Shown piece after piece: positions 1 to 12,498 of a stretch of 64,000 nt of DNA. Under the pieces are notes generated by a model. That model made no database searches. It was not told the origin of the DNA and worked only from the letters and a program-made list of their open reading frames with translations. Origin of the DNA: Ptychomitrium polyphyllum (lineage: Eukaryota); contig OZ316775.1 of NCBI GenBank assembly GCA_973851085.1, forward strand, positions 8,308,001 through 8,372,000. Reading direction: 5' to 3'. Position numbers and translations under genes: made by a program. Each line of letters begins with the position of its first letter. Position 1 is the stretch's first letter.

Positions 1-718
1 ATATTCACCTGTTGAGTTAATGCAACGTTTAGTCCGTTTCAAATCAATCAAGCTTTCCACCATGAGAGCGCGTTAAAGCAAATACAGTCTAGTGAAATGT
101 CGTCGATTATCAGTCTTTTGCTTGGTCGGAAACTGGCCTTTTAGAAATTTGGGTTAGTCTCCAGAATTTACAGGGAATCGGGACCACACTGATTGCTGGC
201 CTTTTTAGAGGAAAGCGCCATCGTTGAGGATAGGCTCGAAACTTTGCAATTACTCAGAGTAGGCGGATTTGAACGTTTCGAAAAGATGAGCTTCGTCACA
301 TTGTTTTCCTTTGAGCTTGAGGATGTAGCGGTGAACTCGGCATGGTCTTCTCGCATGACTTGAAGTATTGTAACAGATCTGCTGCTTACAAAAGCGGCAC
401 ATGTTCTAGATTCCCGTGGCATGAATCTGGTCAAGTATGCATGAGTGTTTGTACCGTTATTAGATAGCACCTGCCTCCCTCCCATTTATGCACGTCGGCG
501 TTCATGCAGCCGAAGGTACAAAGATAGTGGCTGAACCGATGGGAGGGAGTTTCGGGCTGAAGTTAGAGCGCAACTAGGTGCACTCGCTGGTTAGATACAT
601 GCAACTGTTGCCGGCGGTACATGTGGGCGCAGTGGCGACCTTAGCATGAGCTTGGCATTAATGGTATGATTATCACTGATTGATGTGTTTTCGTTGTGGT
701 TGAGCTCCGCGAGTCGAA

Positions 719-1024
719 ATGTCGTTCTCCGGGAAGGAGTACAGCCTCCTAGCTGTTTCCATGTGCAAGACTACAGAGGAGAGGATACGGGACGAGAGGA
801 AGCTCAGTAGTGGCACACCTACTAGTCTAGCTAGGAAGATGGCAAAGAAGATTGCTTCGATGCTGAGGTCGCGCTCTTGGAGCTCACAGCGGCAGTCGAC
901 ACTTGCTTTCAACTACTCGACTTATTCAGATTGTGAAGAGTCTCATTACAAGTACTTCTCGAGCGATTCGCAGCGGTTCTGTCCAGATATTAGCACTTCA
1001 TATCGTTCATCGAGTGTTTCCTAG
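719..1024 (+). CDS. Possible small Ser-rich hypothetical protein (101 aa, or 87 aa from ATG 761)
   Basis: Intronless ORF with balanced GC and protein-like composition (MAKKIASMLRSRSWSSQRQ...YKYFSSDSQRF). No family recognised with confidence. Confidence 0.3.
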   Translation: MSFSGKEYSLLAVSMCKTTEERIRDERKLSSGTPTSLARKMAKKIASMLRSRSWSSQRQSTLAFNYSTYSDCEESHYKYFSSDSQRFCPDISTSYRSSSVS

Positions 1025-3627
1025 CACGAGGTGCGACTCTTTCTTCACTGTTTAACTGTTGAGCATCTCTGCTTAGTGCATGCTCTATTTCAGTGGTACT
1101 TATATGCATTCCGAGATAGTTCGCGTTGCGGCAGCTTGACTAGGAGTCTTATGCTTCGCCTACTTTTGGCTTTACTACTCCGTTCGCATATGAAGGTCAG
1201 ATTTGTTAGATATACATCTGTCCTTTGAAACTACCCATTCCAAGCACCACGGTCTATTGATTCTCTGAGCATGACTTGGTAGAGTGAAGATTCGTAGATA
1301 CAGCTGTCGTCGCTCACACTGTAAAGTGTGATCGCCATTTTTGCACGTAATTTAGGTTATGACCGCAATATTCTTCAGAATAATAGAATTCTGGGAAATA
1401 TTTTTTAGATGTGTTGGAAATAAACACTTAGTTATTTGTTGAAGCGACAGATGTATTCAAAATTCGGCTGCAAATTTGCTCCTTTTGAATATAACACATG
1501 CATTTGTATCAAGCAGATCTCAAGAAACAAAATCATAGAATCATTTTATTGGATCTGGCATATTACTCGGCATGCTCCTTCAAATTTCTGCTCCAACACC
1601 GGGATCTACTATTTCTTAATCATTGGTCCTTCGCGGCAGGCATACGACAAGATCCGCGGTGTATAGTACGAGATGCAGCACAATCACGAAGAAGCGATTC
1701 TGGACTTAAAGTGCTAGAGCATGCTGCTTCTGAGAACTGATGTGTCCCCTGTGTTTTATCAAGGAGGAGTTGTCTTGGATGGGGAGTTGTCTGTTTCCTG
1801 ATGCATCAGGATACAGTATGAAGATGACACAACTTTAACTATCCTTTCTCCATATTACAAGAAAGAAATTTTCTCTAGAAACTGGTGAAGAGATGTTGGA
1901 GTTGCAGAGGACTCAAGACTACACCATGGGATATTGTGGGTCCATTAGCGGAGTACCTAGTTTTTTAGCTTATTGAACGGATAAGCACTCTTAGCAGTAG
2001 GACATCTACGCGTAAGGCTCCTCTGATTTGAAACAGGTTATTACGACAATGTGCTTTCAAAATTGAATCCAGAACGGCTTCATACGGATCGCCAGGGTCG
2101 ACCTACAGCTGAGGGCAGCTACGTCAATTATTGTTAATGATTGTCAATTGTGGAGCAACTCACTCTTGTGTTATATTTGTTAGTGGTGCAGTCACAGGGC
2201 GCCCAATTGAGTGGTGCTTACGATATAATCACAAGGGGGCTTTCACTGGGGATACCAATCGACGTTTGTAGACTAGCAGCAGGTTTGTAGGATTGATTCT
2301 GTTCAAGTATCACAATATTTGTACTTTTCCAAGTTCCAACAAAGTCACGGAAAATCCACCATGTTTCAGGTACCGAAACGCAATCAAATTCTAAAAACCT
2401 GGGTCACAGGATTCTAATCTCGCTTGTCATTTTTGTGGTATCTCGTATGCTACCACCGTTAAAATGAATTCAGGCCGTGTTGCTGTGGTATTTCTCCCCT
2501 GTCAGAGCCATACAATTCCGGCGTCTCAGTTGACTTTCTTTACTCTTTATCGATTGTCTGCTCCTGCATAAAAGATGTTATCTGCGTCGTCCCTACTCCA
2601 TTCTGAGTGAGCGTCACGTCTCTAACTAATCCAGCTTGAAAGATCTAGTCTCATTCTCAAGCCTGCAGCCACACCAGGAGGTGATGAAGAAGCCAAGGGT
2701 TGTTAACTCTTGTTACCAGCAAAGAGAAAAGCTACAGAAATCTGTTCAATCTTCTAACTAGAGGCTGCAAGAATTTGACCTGTCACCAGCCGAGATTGAT
2801 TTGGCCATTCTCCAGAGAAAATACTTGTTCCTCATCGCGTCGTCCACTATCCATTAATGTGTTGCTACTCTATGAAAGTACTTTGCTACATTCACAAAGG
2901 TGCACCTTCCACGACCAATAGTCAGTTACACAAATTCTAAATGACATGCAACATTTCAGTTCAACAATATGAATTCCTTATTGTTGCCTAGGGACATGTC
3001 AGTTTCAAGACCAATTTCCTTGTTGCGAGGGCTTGACTGACCTATTCTCCACGAATAATGGATTTGAAAATTGTGGAGTCTACATCCCCTGGTTCCGTAC
3101 TGACAAAACGCTTGATATTATTTGTAGTATTCGTCCTGGTTGTTTCATAGTCTACTTGGCCCTTCACGGTCGCCTCTAAAGTTCGAAGTCCCACTGGACG
3201 TTGTTAATCATTTCTTCTGTCGGCATGAACTGGAATCTGGCGGTAAATTAATTAGATTGAATCACGTTCTAGACAGCAATTCAACTGTAGTATATGCCTT
3301 CTGATCTATGAACATGACTTAGGGACTCGCTAGGGTCGAAAAAAACTTCCACGTATTAATTTGATATGGAGGTAGCACTTTATCAGATAGCGAGCCTCTC
3401 CCCCCCTCGGCTACCGACTCTGTATCGTTACATGAAAACACGACTTCCAAGTTGGATCCATTTTTGCGAGCTCCAGGAATTTCGAATACTGGGGAATCTT
3501 GTTACTTCATGGACCTCTTCGAAATCGCCTTAAACTTCGCAGTGACGCTCAGAACTTTATATAAAAGCTTTCATAAAGGGATGAACAACTTTTTTATTTT
3601 ATTTCCCCACGAACATTGTCACAGCGC

Positions 3628-3706
3628 CTGTTGCCTACTGTTGCCGACTGTTGCCGACTGTTGCCGACTGTTGCCGACTGGTCCCGACTGGTCCCGACTG
3701 TCCAGA
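3628..3706. repeat. 10-bp tandem repeat (CTGTTGCCGA)n containing four GCCGAC DRE/CRT cores
   Basis: TTGCCGACTG x4 (3641-3680), preceded by the variant TTGCCTACTG and followed by GTCCCGACTG x2. Lies ~450-520 bp upstream of the flotillin ATG. Confidence 0.9.
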
Positions 3707-4150
3707 CTTCTCTAGACTACAATGTTCTTTTCACTTTGAGGCTTTCATTGACTTGAAGGGGCAAAAGGACATTTTCTGTGCGACTTCTTCATGAAGATTA
3801 CCAGCTCGTGGCTCAAGATTTCTCAGCAACTGTATATACAGGAAGTCCTCCTTTAAGACCAGTTTCTCCAAGCAGCTAGGATGACTCGGATCGAACTAGG
3901 GGCATCGCCCAGGATATTCCTTTGAGCCATGTATAAGTTCATGCGAAAGTTTGTCAAAATAGAATGTAGTTGCAGAAACAATATTTCTGAATTCTAGCAC
4001 CTGCATAAAATCTCTAATCGTTGCTTACTTTTCCGTAGTTTCCCTTCAACTCTTCTTGATGGATTCTATCAACTAGTACCTGCTCCGAATACTTCTCTTT
4101 CGAATTCAGTAACTCTACTCTGTTTCGATTGTGTGACGTTGGTGAAAAAC

Positions 4151-6672
4151 ATGGCGTTCCGAACTGCCGCTGCGAATGAGTACCTAGTGGTGACAGGTGT
4201 CGGTATCAAAGACGTGAAGCTGCAGAAGAAAGGATGGATCTATCCCGGACAGAAATGCTCTCGTTTCGACATCAGCCCTGCCAATTACACATTCGATGTG
4301 CACGCCATGAGCTCCGAGAAGCTGCCATTCATTCTTCCGGCAGTCTTCACCATCGGACCGAGAGACGAGCCAGATTCGCTAATGAAATATGGCAAGCTGA
4401 TGTCTTCCCACGACAAATCTGGCAATCATGTAATTGAACTTGTGAAGGGGATTGTGGAGGGGGAGACTCGAGTGCTCGCAGCCGGTATGACGATGGAGCA
4501 AATCTTTCGTGGAACGAAGGAATTCAAAGCGGAGGTATTTGATAAGGTAATACTTCCTAGGAAGTTTTTGTATCCCTGAGACTTTTTCAATTCTGCTGTA
4601 GATTATCATGTGTTTGAATGATGGCTCAACATGTTTATCTTCTGCTACAAGATTGAAGGTCCTACTGGGGTGCTCTGGCCAGCCTCTAGAGTTTCCCTGT
4701 ACAGAAAGTCTCATGCAGTTGACTCCGCATGAAGGAAGTTAATGTAGTTTGATCTAAGTTACTCTGTGGATTTTATCACTGGTTAGGTGCAATTGGAGCT
4801 TGACCAGTTCGGTCTTCACATTTACAATGCCAACATCAAGCAGCTTGTGGACATCAAAGGGACCGAGTACTTCTCCTTCTTGGGCCAGAAGGTTCAGCAA
4901 ACGGCCGCAAACCAGGCGAAGGTCGATGTTGCAGAAGCTAAGTTCAAGGGTGATACAGGTGCGAAGGAACGCCAAGGTCAGACTCTTATGAATGCTGCCA
5001 AAGTGGATGCCGATACCTCCATCTATTCTAAGACCCAGAGTGGTGCAGCAAAGCAACAAGAGATCAAGGTCAGAGGACCAATTTTCTAAGGAGTTTTACT
5101 CTTTCGAAAATTCCTTATCATCAAAAAATCATAAACTAAATATTCTTAGACTAAGTGTAATTTGATGCTTCAATTTGAAGTGTCTGAACATAAGTCTTGG
5201 TTCCATAACTTACGAATGCCGTACCTTGTTGATACTATAATAGCTGAATATCAAAATCATTAGAATCTCAAACAAAGAAAGTGAATCAATTCTTGTCTTG
5301 CAGATTGACACAGAGATCAAGGTCTTCGCTAACCAGAAGGAGGCCGAGGTTGCCAAAGCCAATGCCAACCTCGCAATCATGAAGGCGGAATGGCTGCAGA
5401 AGTCCAAGATCGCAGAAATCCAGTCTGCACGGACAGCCTCAATCCGTGACGCAGAGCTGGAAAAAGACTTGGAAGTAAAGAAAGCCGAGGCCATGACTGA
5501 AAAGCTCCGAGCTGACAAGCTGGCGAAGGCAAAAGTCGATTACGAAGCTTCAATGCAGTCGGCAAATTCAAACCTGTACCTAAAGCAGCAGCAAGCTGAA
5601 GCAGATCTATACACACGGCAAACGGACGCACAAGCGCAAGAGAGAATAGCAGATGCTCGTTTCTATGTAAAGCTGAAAGAAGCAGATGCCCTGCTCTACT
5701 CCAAGCGCAAAGAAGCTGAAGGTATAGTTCTCTCCTCTTCTCATCTTCATCCGCCATGGCTATCCTCACCTGGCCGTTCCAAGAAAACAAGCACAAACTT
5801 CTGCTCTTGCACGACTGTCAAAAATGACATGTAAGCCAGAAATGTTTAGGACGATGGCATTCTAGGAAAATTGTCTCCCATCCTCTTCTCTTTCTTGGCC
5901 GCCAGTCTCGTTGTCGTCTGAATTCCTAAGAGGGGCATGGCCTAACATTTGCTATTGCATTAACAAAACTTGTACATGTAGACCATATATCTTGCAAATC
6001 TTACTTCATTTCGATCACGAATCTAGTAAACTGCACTACTGCGTAAGACTTGAGCATCAGAACATGATCACTGAGTTCGTAGGAAGACTAGAATTTTGAA
6101 CAGGAGCTATGACAGGCTTATGACGTGGCAATCTTTGATTTCGTAAGTGCCTTCTGAGTATCACTCGGGTATCACACCAGTGTTACCATGATGTTATCTG
6201 GGTACAACGGAGACACCCAGAAAAGTGGATGTGGTGTACTCCCTTGCATTCATAGAAGAGCATGTCAACGTAGACGATGCTGTTTAGGATTTGAGTTTCC
6301 GTTCTCTTGATTTAAGTTTTGGTTGAGGTGTTCACAGGAATCTATGCCTTGGCCGAGGCTCAAGCAGTGTACGTCAAGAGCATGTTAGGAGCGTTTGGAG
6401 GAAATTACAACGCACTCCACGACTATCTCATGTTGGATAGAGGAGTATACCAGCAAATGGGAGAAATCAACGCAAATGCTGTGAACGGATTGCAACCAAA
6501 GATTTCTGTATGGACAACAGGGGCATCTCATGATGGTAGTGCTGGAGCTCCAGGAGCGGCCATTGCTGATGTCTTCAAAATGATCCCCCCTCTGTTCACC
6601 ACCATCAAAGATCAAACAGGGATTGATTCATTGCCATTTTTGGCCACCCTCCCTCCACAAGAAAACAAATGA
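4151..6672 (+). CDS. FLOT: Flotillin-like protein (SPFH/band-7 domain plus coiled coil)
   Basis: Exons 4151-4546, 4787-5068, 5304-5721, 6338-6672 with GT-AG introns in consistent phase. Plant flotillin motifs: [59 protein letters not shown]-rich coiled coil, GLQPKISVW. Confidence 0.95.
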
Positions 6673-7361
6673 CATCGAGTAAAACAGAAACCCACTAAAT
6701 CTGCTGAATACTCCATGATGGTGAATGTCACAATGCTAGTTGACTATGGTTGATGCAGACACTCAACTAGGTCAAAGCATGTCTAAACTAATGCATGTCC
6801 TGCTCCCACATGTAATTCAGTAGAAACCGAGCTTGATAATTATTCGAGCAATAAACCACGTTGATAACTAAGCTTTATTCGGTGGTGTCATTGTCAGCAC
6901 GAAGTCCTAGTTTGAGCTTCTTTGTGTATCATTCTGACATGCACTTTGATCCTCTGAGAAGACTGTCTGTTGCAAGTTTCACGAAAGGATATGGTGTCAC
7001 TTACATTCTTGTGATTGAACTAGAACTATGTGAATACAGTATGATACTACTTGATGATTGTATCGACAAGCTCTCCAAGCATTTAGAGATGCTCACAATG
7101 GTTTCTGGTGCTCCACGGCGAGTTCAAATTTCGCCCTAATCGGTGACACAGCTTCCCGTGTCAAACTATCTCCCGCAGGTGTGAAATCTCTTTCCAACTT
7201 TAGATGGAAATGAAACTAACCTAAAGTCATTTCAATTTCTAGCACCCGTATCTTTTCAAATGCGTCTTTGATCTTTATTTATTTTATGGAGTTCGAGATT
7301 GTACAAGTCCAACTGAATCTCATGAATAAATAAGATTATGTTACTTACTAAGAAAAACAGG

Positions 7362-8492
7362 GGATAAGAAATCCTTGGATGGATTGCTTTTCCATTACTC
7401 ACTCCATGCATAACTTATATTTACCTTTCTTTTTACTAGATGAATTGAACTAATTTCAATGATAAAATTTTATATAAAATGAAATGAGAGGTTCTTGATG
7501 TTTATTAGTATTTTCCAATCATCATTATTGAGGTTCAACAATCTTGTTATATTTAGAGAAGATAAATATTATTTATTTCATAGATAATAAGGTTCTATTA
7601 TGAACCATATATCCTAAAATATGTTATCTACATTATTTTTTGGAATTATTGTAAGAAAATAAAAGATGTCATTTACAACCTGAAGATACATCTATAGAAA
7701 TGAATGCCTTAAAAATAATATATAATATTTATAAATGAACAATATTGAATCTTTTTTGAATATCTATAGAAACTATATAATGTTTTTGTGATAAATTGTA
7801 ATTAATTCAAACTAACATGTTTGTAATATAATTTAAATTAAATTGCAATTTCTTAAAAAATCTTATGGAAATGCCATTTGCGTGTTATAAATGAAATGAA
7901 CATTTAAAATATAATAAAATCCAATGTATCTTAAGCATAAATGGACTTAAAAATCCCGTTTTGAATTGGTTTGTAAACTCAATAATTATGAACATTTTTG
8001 TTTGAAAGTTTGGCAGGTTTAATTATAAGAATGAAGGATATTAATTTAAATTGCAAGTTTCAAATGTGAAAGTAAATAAAAAAAACATGGAACAATCATA
8101 ATATATCTGGCAATCACATGTAATATTTGACATTTCTTTTTATTACTTCACAAGTCCAAAAACATGGTATGAATTTATTTTAGGACATATGATGAAAATA
8201 AAGCCTTTAAAAATTTTGGACTAAGTTTAAAAATCTAAAATTTGTTTTCACAACAAATAATGTTTATCAAACATATTTTAGACAAATTCTTCTATAAACT
8301 TGACAAGATTGTTGAATCTCAATAATGATGATGATTGAAAAATACTAATAAACATCAAGAACTTTACATTTTATTTTATACATAATTTTATTATTGAAAT
8401 TAGTTTAATTCATCTATTAAAAATAAAGGTAAATATAAATTATGCATGGAGTAGAAGTAATGGAAAAAGAATCCATCCAAAGATTTTTATCC
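7362..8492. mobile_element. Degenerate foldback/MITE-like element with ~200-bp inverted arms (7362-7563 and 8286-8492)
   Basis: Left arm (GGATAAGAAATCCTTGGATGGATT...TTCTTGATGTTTATTAGTATTTTCCAATCATCAT...TTCAACAATCTTGT) is the imperfect reverse complement of the right arm (ACAAGATTGTTGAA...ATGATGATTGAAAAATACTAATAAACATCAAGAA...AATCCATCCAAAGATTTTTATCC). The interior is AT-rich and non-coding. No clear TSD. Confidence 0.65.
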
Positions 8493-10723
8493 GCAATGTG
8501 CTATCTAATGAATTTAAAATATTTCAATTCATTTAAAAAAAAAATTCCTTCATGTAAAAATTGGATAAAATTTGGAGCAAAATAAGCATAATATGAATCA
8601 ATTCATTAGAAAAATAATGTTTATTATCCATTTCTATGTAATTAATATTATATTTAAAATTATTTTTATTTAAAATATATAATAAAATTTGATCTTTTAT
8701 TCTTTATAAATGTTTAATTCTTATTAATGATTTATGAAGATGTTTTTGAATCCATTTGCATAGAATTGAATTAAACTCATATTGTACAATGTAGCTTTGT
8801 ATTCATATTCAAAATGATTATTTTATTATGTCATTCTTTAAACATTTAAAAAAATCTAATCTTTTTAAATATAATTTTGCTATTTTCATTATTAAATTCT
8901 TTTATAGTTAAGAAAAAATCAATTCAATATATTGCAAATGACTTTAAAATATATTCTTACTTCCAACTTAAACTTAAATAAATTAGGCCTAATTTTTTCT
9001 TAATTTAAACATTTTCATCTAATGTTCTTATTCCTTATATTTTGAAATGACCATTTTTGAGTTGTTACAAAATTTAATGGTTAAATCAAATAAAAAAAAC
9101 ATCTTTTCAATACTCATTTATTATTTATTCATTAATTTTTGTTACAAAAAAAATCACTACATTGATTTTTTATAGATCTATTGTAGCATATATTTAATGC
9201 AATGTGCAATGATGGCATAGATAATCCTTTCTTGAATGGTATTGTGAATTTTTATCCTTCATCAATTTTGAATAAAATAATTAGATGTATGTATTTAATA
9301 TTAAAGATACTTATATATGTATTTTATTTTTAAAAAATTTACTTTTTATTATAATGTATTAGCTTTTCTTCCAATATTTTTATTTATTTGATTGTTTTAA
9401 AATATTCATTTTAGTAGAGGATATAAGGCATTGTACTATGGAATGTTTAAAAGTCTAAAGTGTCGTGGACCACGTTTTTAAAATCCTTTAATAGTTGAGC
9501 TTCTTTATAGATGATTTGTCATTCAAATCAAAATGTCATAAAAATAAAAACAAACAAAATATAGCAATTTCATTATAGTTTGGGCCACATTTGCGAGACC
9601 TTACAAAATATTGCATCTTTTTGTATATAAATTGTTCTTTGTCTTATGAAGTTATACACAAAAAGATTAATATCTATATTATATACATTTTGATACCAAA
9701 AAGAAGTAAGTGACAATACGTTCAAAATGATAAAAAACACAAATTCAAATCTTTTTAACTTGCTATTTGATCTTAGATAAAATTTAGATACAACATAAAT
9801 ACATAAGTGTGTTCATTATTTGATGGAATATTTCAATCCACAAGCCTAATTATGCACTTTGAAATGATTTTATTCATTCAAAGATGCATCTTCCTACTTC
9901 CTTTTACACTTTCATCCATTCATTAAGATCATAAAACTTAAAAATAATACCACAAACTAAAATAAAATTTATTATTTTCTAGCCTGCCTTCAATAATTCC
10001 AAACTACATTAAAAAGTTTACCCAAACCTAGAATTTTTATGATTCACAAGCAGAGCCTCATAAATCAATAAACCCAACCCAACTTTAGCGCAACCTAATC
10101 TAACCCCATTAAACCTCAGTTTACCAAGCTCCTAAACTCAGAATACACCCGAGTTAACGAAACGCAACCCACAGGACCTCACCTGGCACAGAAACTCAAG
10201 CGGACTCGTCCATCCATCACTCCCCGCACACTGCCACCAAATCTTTCCCACGAAATAAAACCACCTCCGCCCTGGCTCTCTATTCCCTTCCATCTTTTCC
10301 TCGACGAAACAAACCCCCCCGCCCTTGCCCGTCGTCCAGCGGTCTTTTCCCTTCGAGCGCGGCCATCTTTATCTTTCCGGAACGCAAAATCAAGCAGCGG
10401 GTGGTGTCGACGTGTGGTGTCGACGTGTAGCGAGGCGTGCAATGGTGACGAGTGTAGGCCGAGTTGAGGCTGAGTTGTGCGCAGAGCTGTGGGTGCGTAA
10501 GTTCAATGCCATCGCCCATGAACCCCCCTCCCCCGCCCATCTGGTTCTTTCTTTTCCCCCTTTCACCACTCTCACTCATATTCTTCCCAAACATTCTCCA
10601 ATTCTCACAGTCACTCCCCTCGCCCTGCCGCTCCGCATTGCGCCCGAAACCTAAGCTCTCGACGCCCAGGACCTCAGCCGCCTGCCCGCGCTTACTCCGA
10701 CGCAGCCGAGGGCTTTCATTCAG

Positions 10724-12471
10724 GTGATGATCCCTGTTATTCCATTTTGTTCTCTTGTTCTGGAGTTTTGCCGGTTTCGCGCTGTCTCGAACCTGCTGCG
10801 ATCTGGATCCCGTTTCGGTTTCGGTTTTTGGTTTTTGTTTCGGGAGGTTGTGTATCGGTGTTGGAGAAAGGGCGGTGCGAGGGGATTAGGATTGTTTCCG
10901 CGGGAGTGGAGTGGAGTGGAGTGGAGCGGAGTGGAGTTTTCACGTTTCGGTCTTAGTTTCGGAAGTCGGAGAGTGTTTTGGAGGTGTGAGGAGGTTTATC
11001 AGAAGTGAGGTGCGTTTGTGAGGTCCGAGGTAGTGTTTCTGCGGTGTGGTGGGGGTGGAGTGGAGACGGAAGAGGAAGCGGTTGGCGTGCGGCTCGTTTC
11101 TTGGATAGTGTGGTTTGAGGGGAGGAGAGGCGGTTTGGGAGTGAGTTGGAGGTTGGGGAGGTTTGGGAGTGAGTTGGAGGTTTGGGAGGTTTTTGTGATT
11201 ACAGGTCGGTTGTTGAGGCGTGTTGTGGTGACGTTGGCGTTTCCATGTAATGTCTGTGCAATGCAACTGCTGCCGCAATAAGGGAAGGGCGTCGGCGTAC
11301 GCCGAGAGTTTGCCCGCATGTTTGGGTGTTTTGTTGTTTTCAGTTTGTAATGGTTGCGAGGTCGTCGATGTGGTGCGATTGGCATTTGATGAGATAGAAA
11401 TTGGGACTTGTGCTAATTCTGGATACTTGTAAGTGGCGTTTTTGGCTGATATATTTAAGGCTTTTCCATTTATTTTGTATCACGTGACGGGTTAACAGAT
11501 TTCTGCAGTTGTTTTACGTGACGGCATTTGATCTTGAGTTGTAAGTGACAACGCTGGTAGGGTTTCGGATCGGAAATATGCATAACTGCTTCGGAGTGGA
11601 ACAGTTTCTGGCGCCGAATGTATGGAATTCTGAAATACAATTCTGTAGTCCTTTTATTGATTTATTACTTTATATCTCTTGTCATCTTTACGCTCTTAAA
11701 CTCGACTTGAGTTCATGATGATGGTCGAAGGAGTGCGGGTATTATGGTTCCGTAGAACATCGACGACAGTAACCGTAGCTCGTCTCTGGCCGGATGTCCT
11801 TTCCTCTAGTTGAAACGCGTCCGTTGTAGTTACGATTATCAGTTGTCTGCAAAGTTGAAGAAGCGCAATACCGAGAACTAGAATGAACTTAGCAGGCAGG
11901 ATGTTGACATCTTGACGCTGTGGTTCTTCCTACACGAAGTTAATATACAAAGAGTATCTTAGAATAGTCTCGCTGTCTTTTGTGACTGCAAGGAGGTTTA
12001 CGCTACTTATGTTCTGCAAGCTTTGAAGCTTTGTTTTGGTTGCTTTCTGATTCATGACACTTGGCTAGAAACTGATGGTGTTGAAAGGATTGATACAAGC
12101 AATAAGGAAACTCACCGATTGAGGATATGTAGTTTGCTCCTCTTGCCTTTCGGAATATCATCATCCCTTAAGTGGTTCTCGTGGGGATGGATGTTAAGCA
12201 TCTGCTATTGAAGGAATGTGTTGTGTATGAGTGTAGAGCTACAATAGTATGAGACTTTACATGCCCGTCTATTTTCCAGGACCTAGTATCTGCATGACCT
12301 AGCTCTTTTTGCTGCTGCTGTGGTGATTGCGAAGGGTGCGTTCTTCCGCTTAAATTTACTCTGCTAGATTCCTATAGGTTCCTTGGAGATCATTAGCCCG
12401 TATAATTCCTTGGATATTGCAGGGGTGTTAAACTTCTGTTGTCGGGGCTGTGCAGTTTGATTATCTTTTAG
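10724..12471 (+). other. Probable long 5'UTR intron of the Alba gene
   Basis: Donor CAG|GTGATG follows a pyrimidine-rich, GC-rich leader (~10520-10723). Acceptor TTATCTTTTAG ends 27 nt before the ATG at 12499. The 5' part of the intron is G/T-rich. Confidence 0.55.
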
Positions 12472-12498
12472 ACGACGTGCCGCTTGTACCATCCAAAG

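Noticed and set aside
10179..11432. Cluster of overlapping ORFs on both strands
   Set aside because: These come from the GC-rich promoter, leader and first intron of Alba and give low-complexity translations. The same applies to the non-argD ORFs at 17810-18513 and to 24479-25092.
11714..11790. ATGATGA box-C-like motif in the Alba 5'UTR intron (possible snoRNA)
   Set aside because: No suitably placed CTGA box D, terminal stem or recognisable rRNA antisense element.
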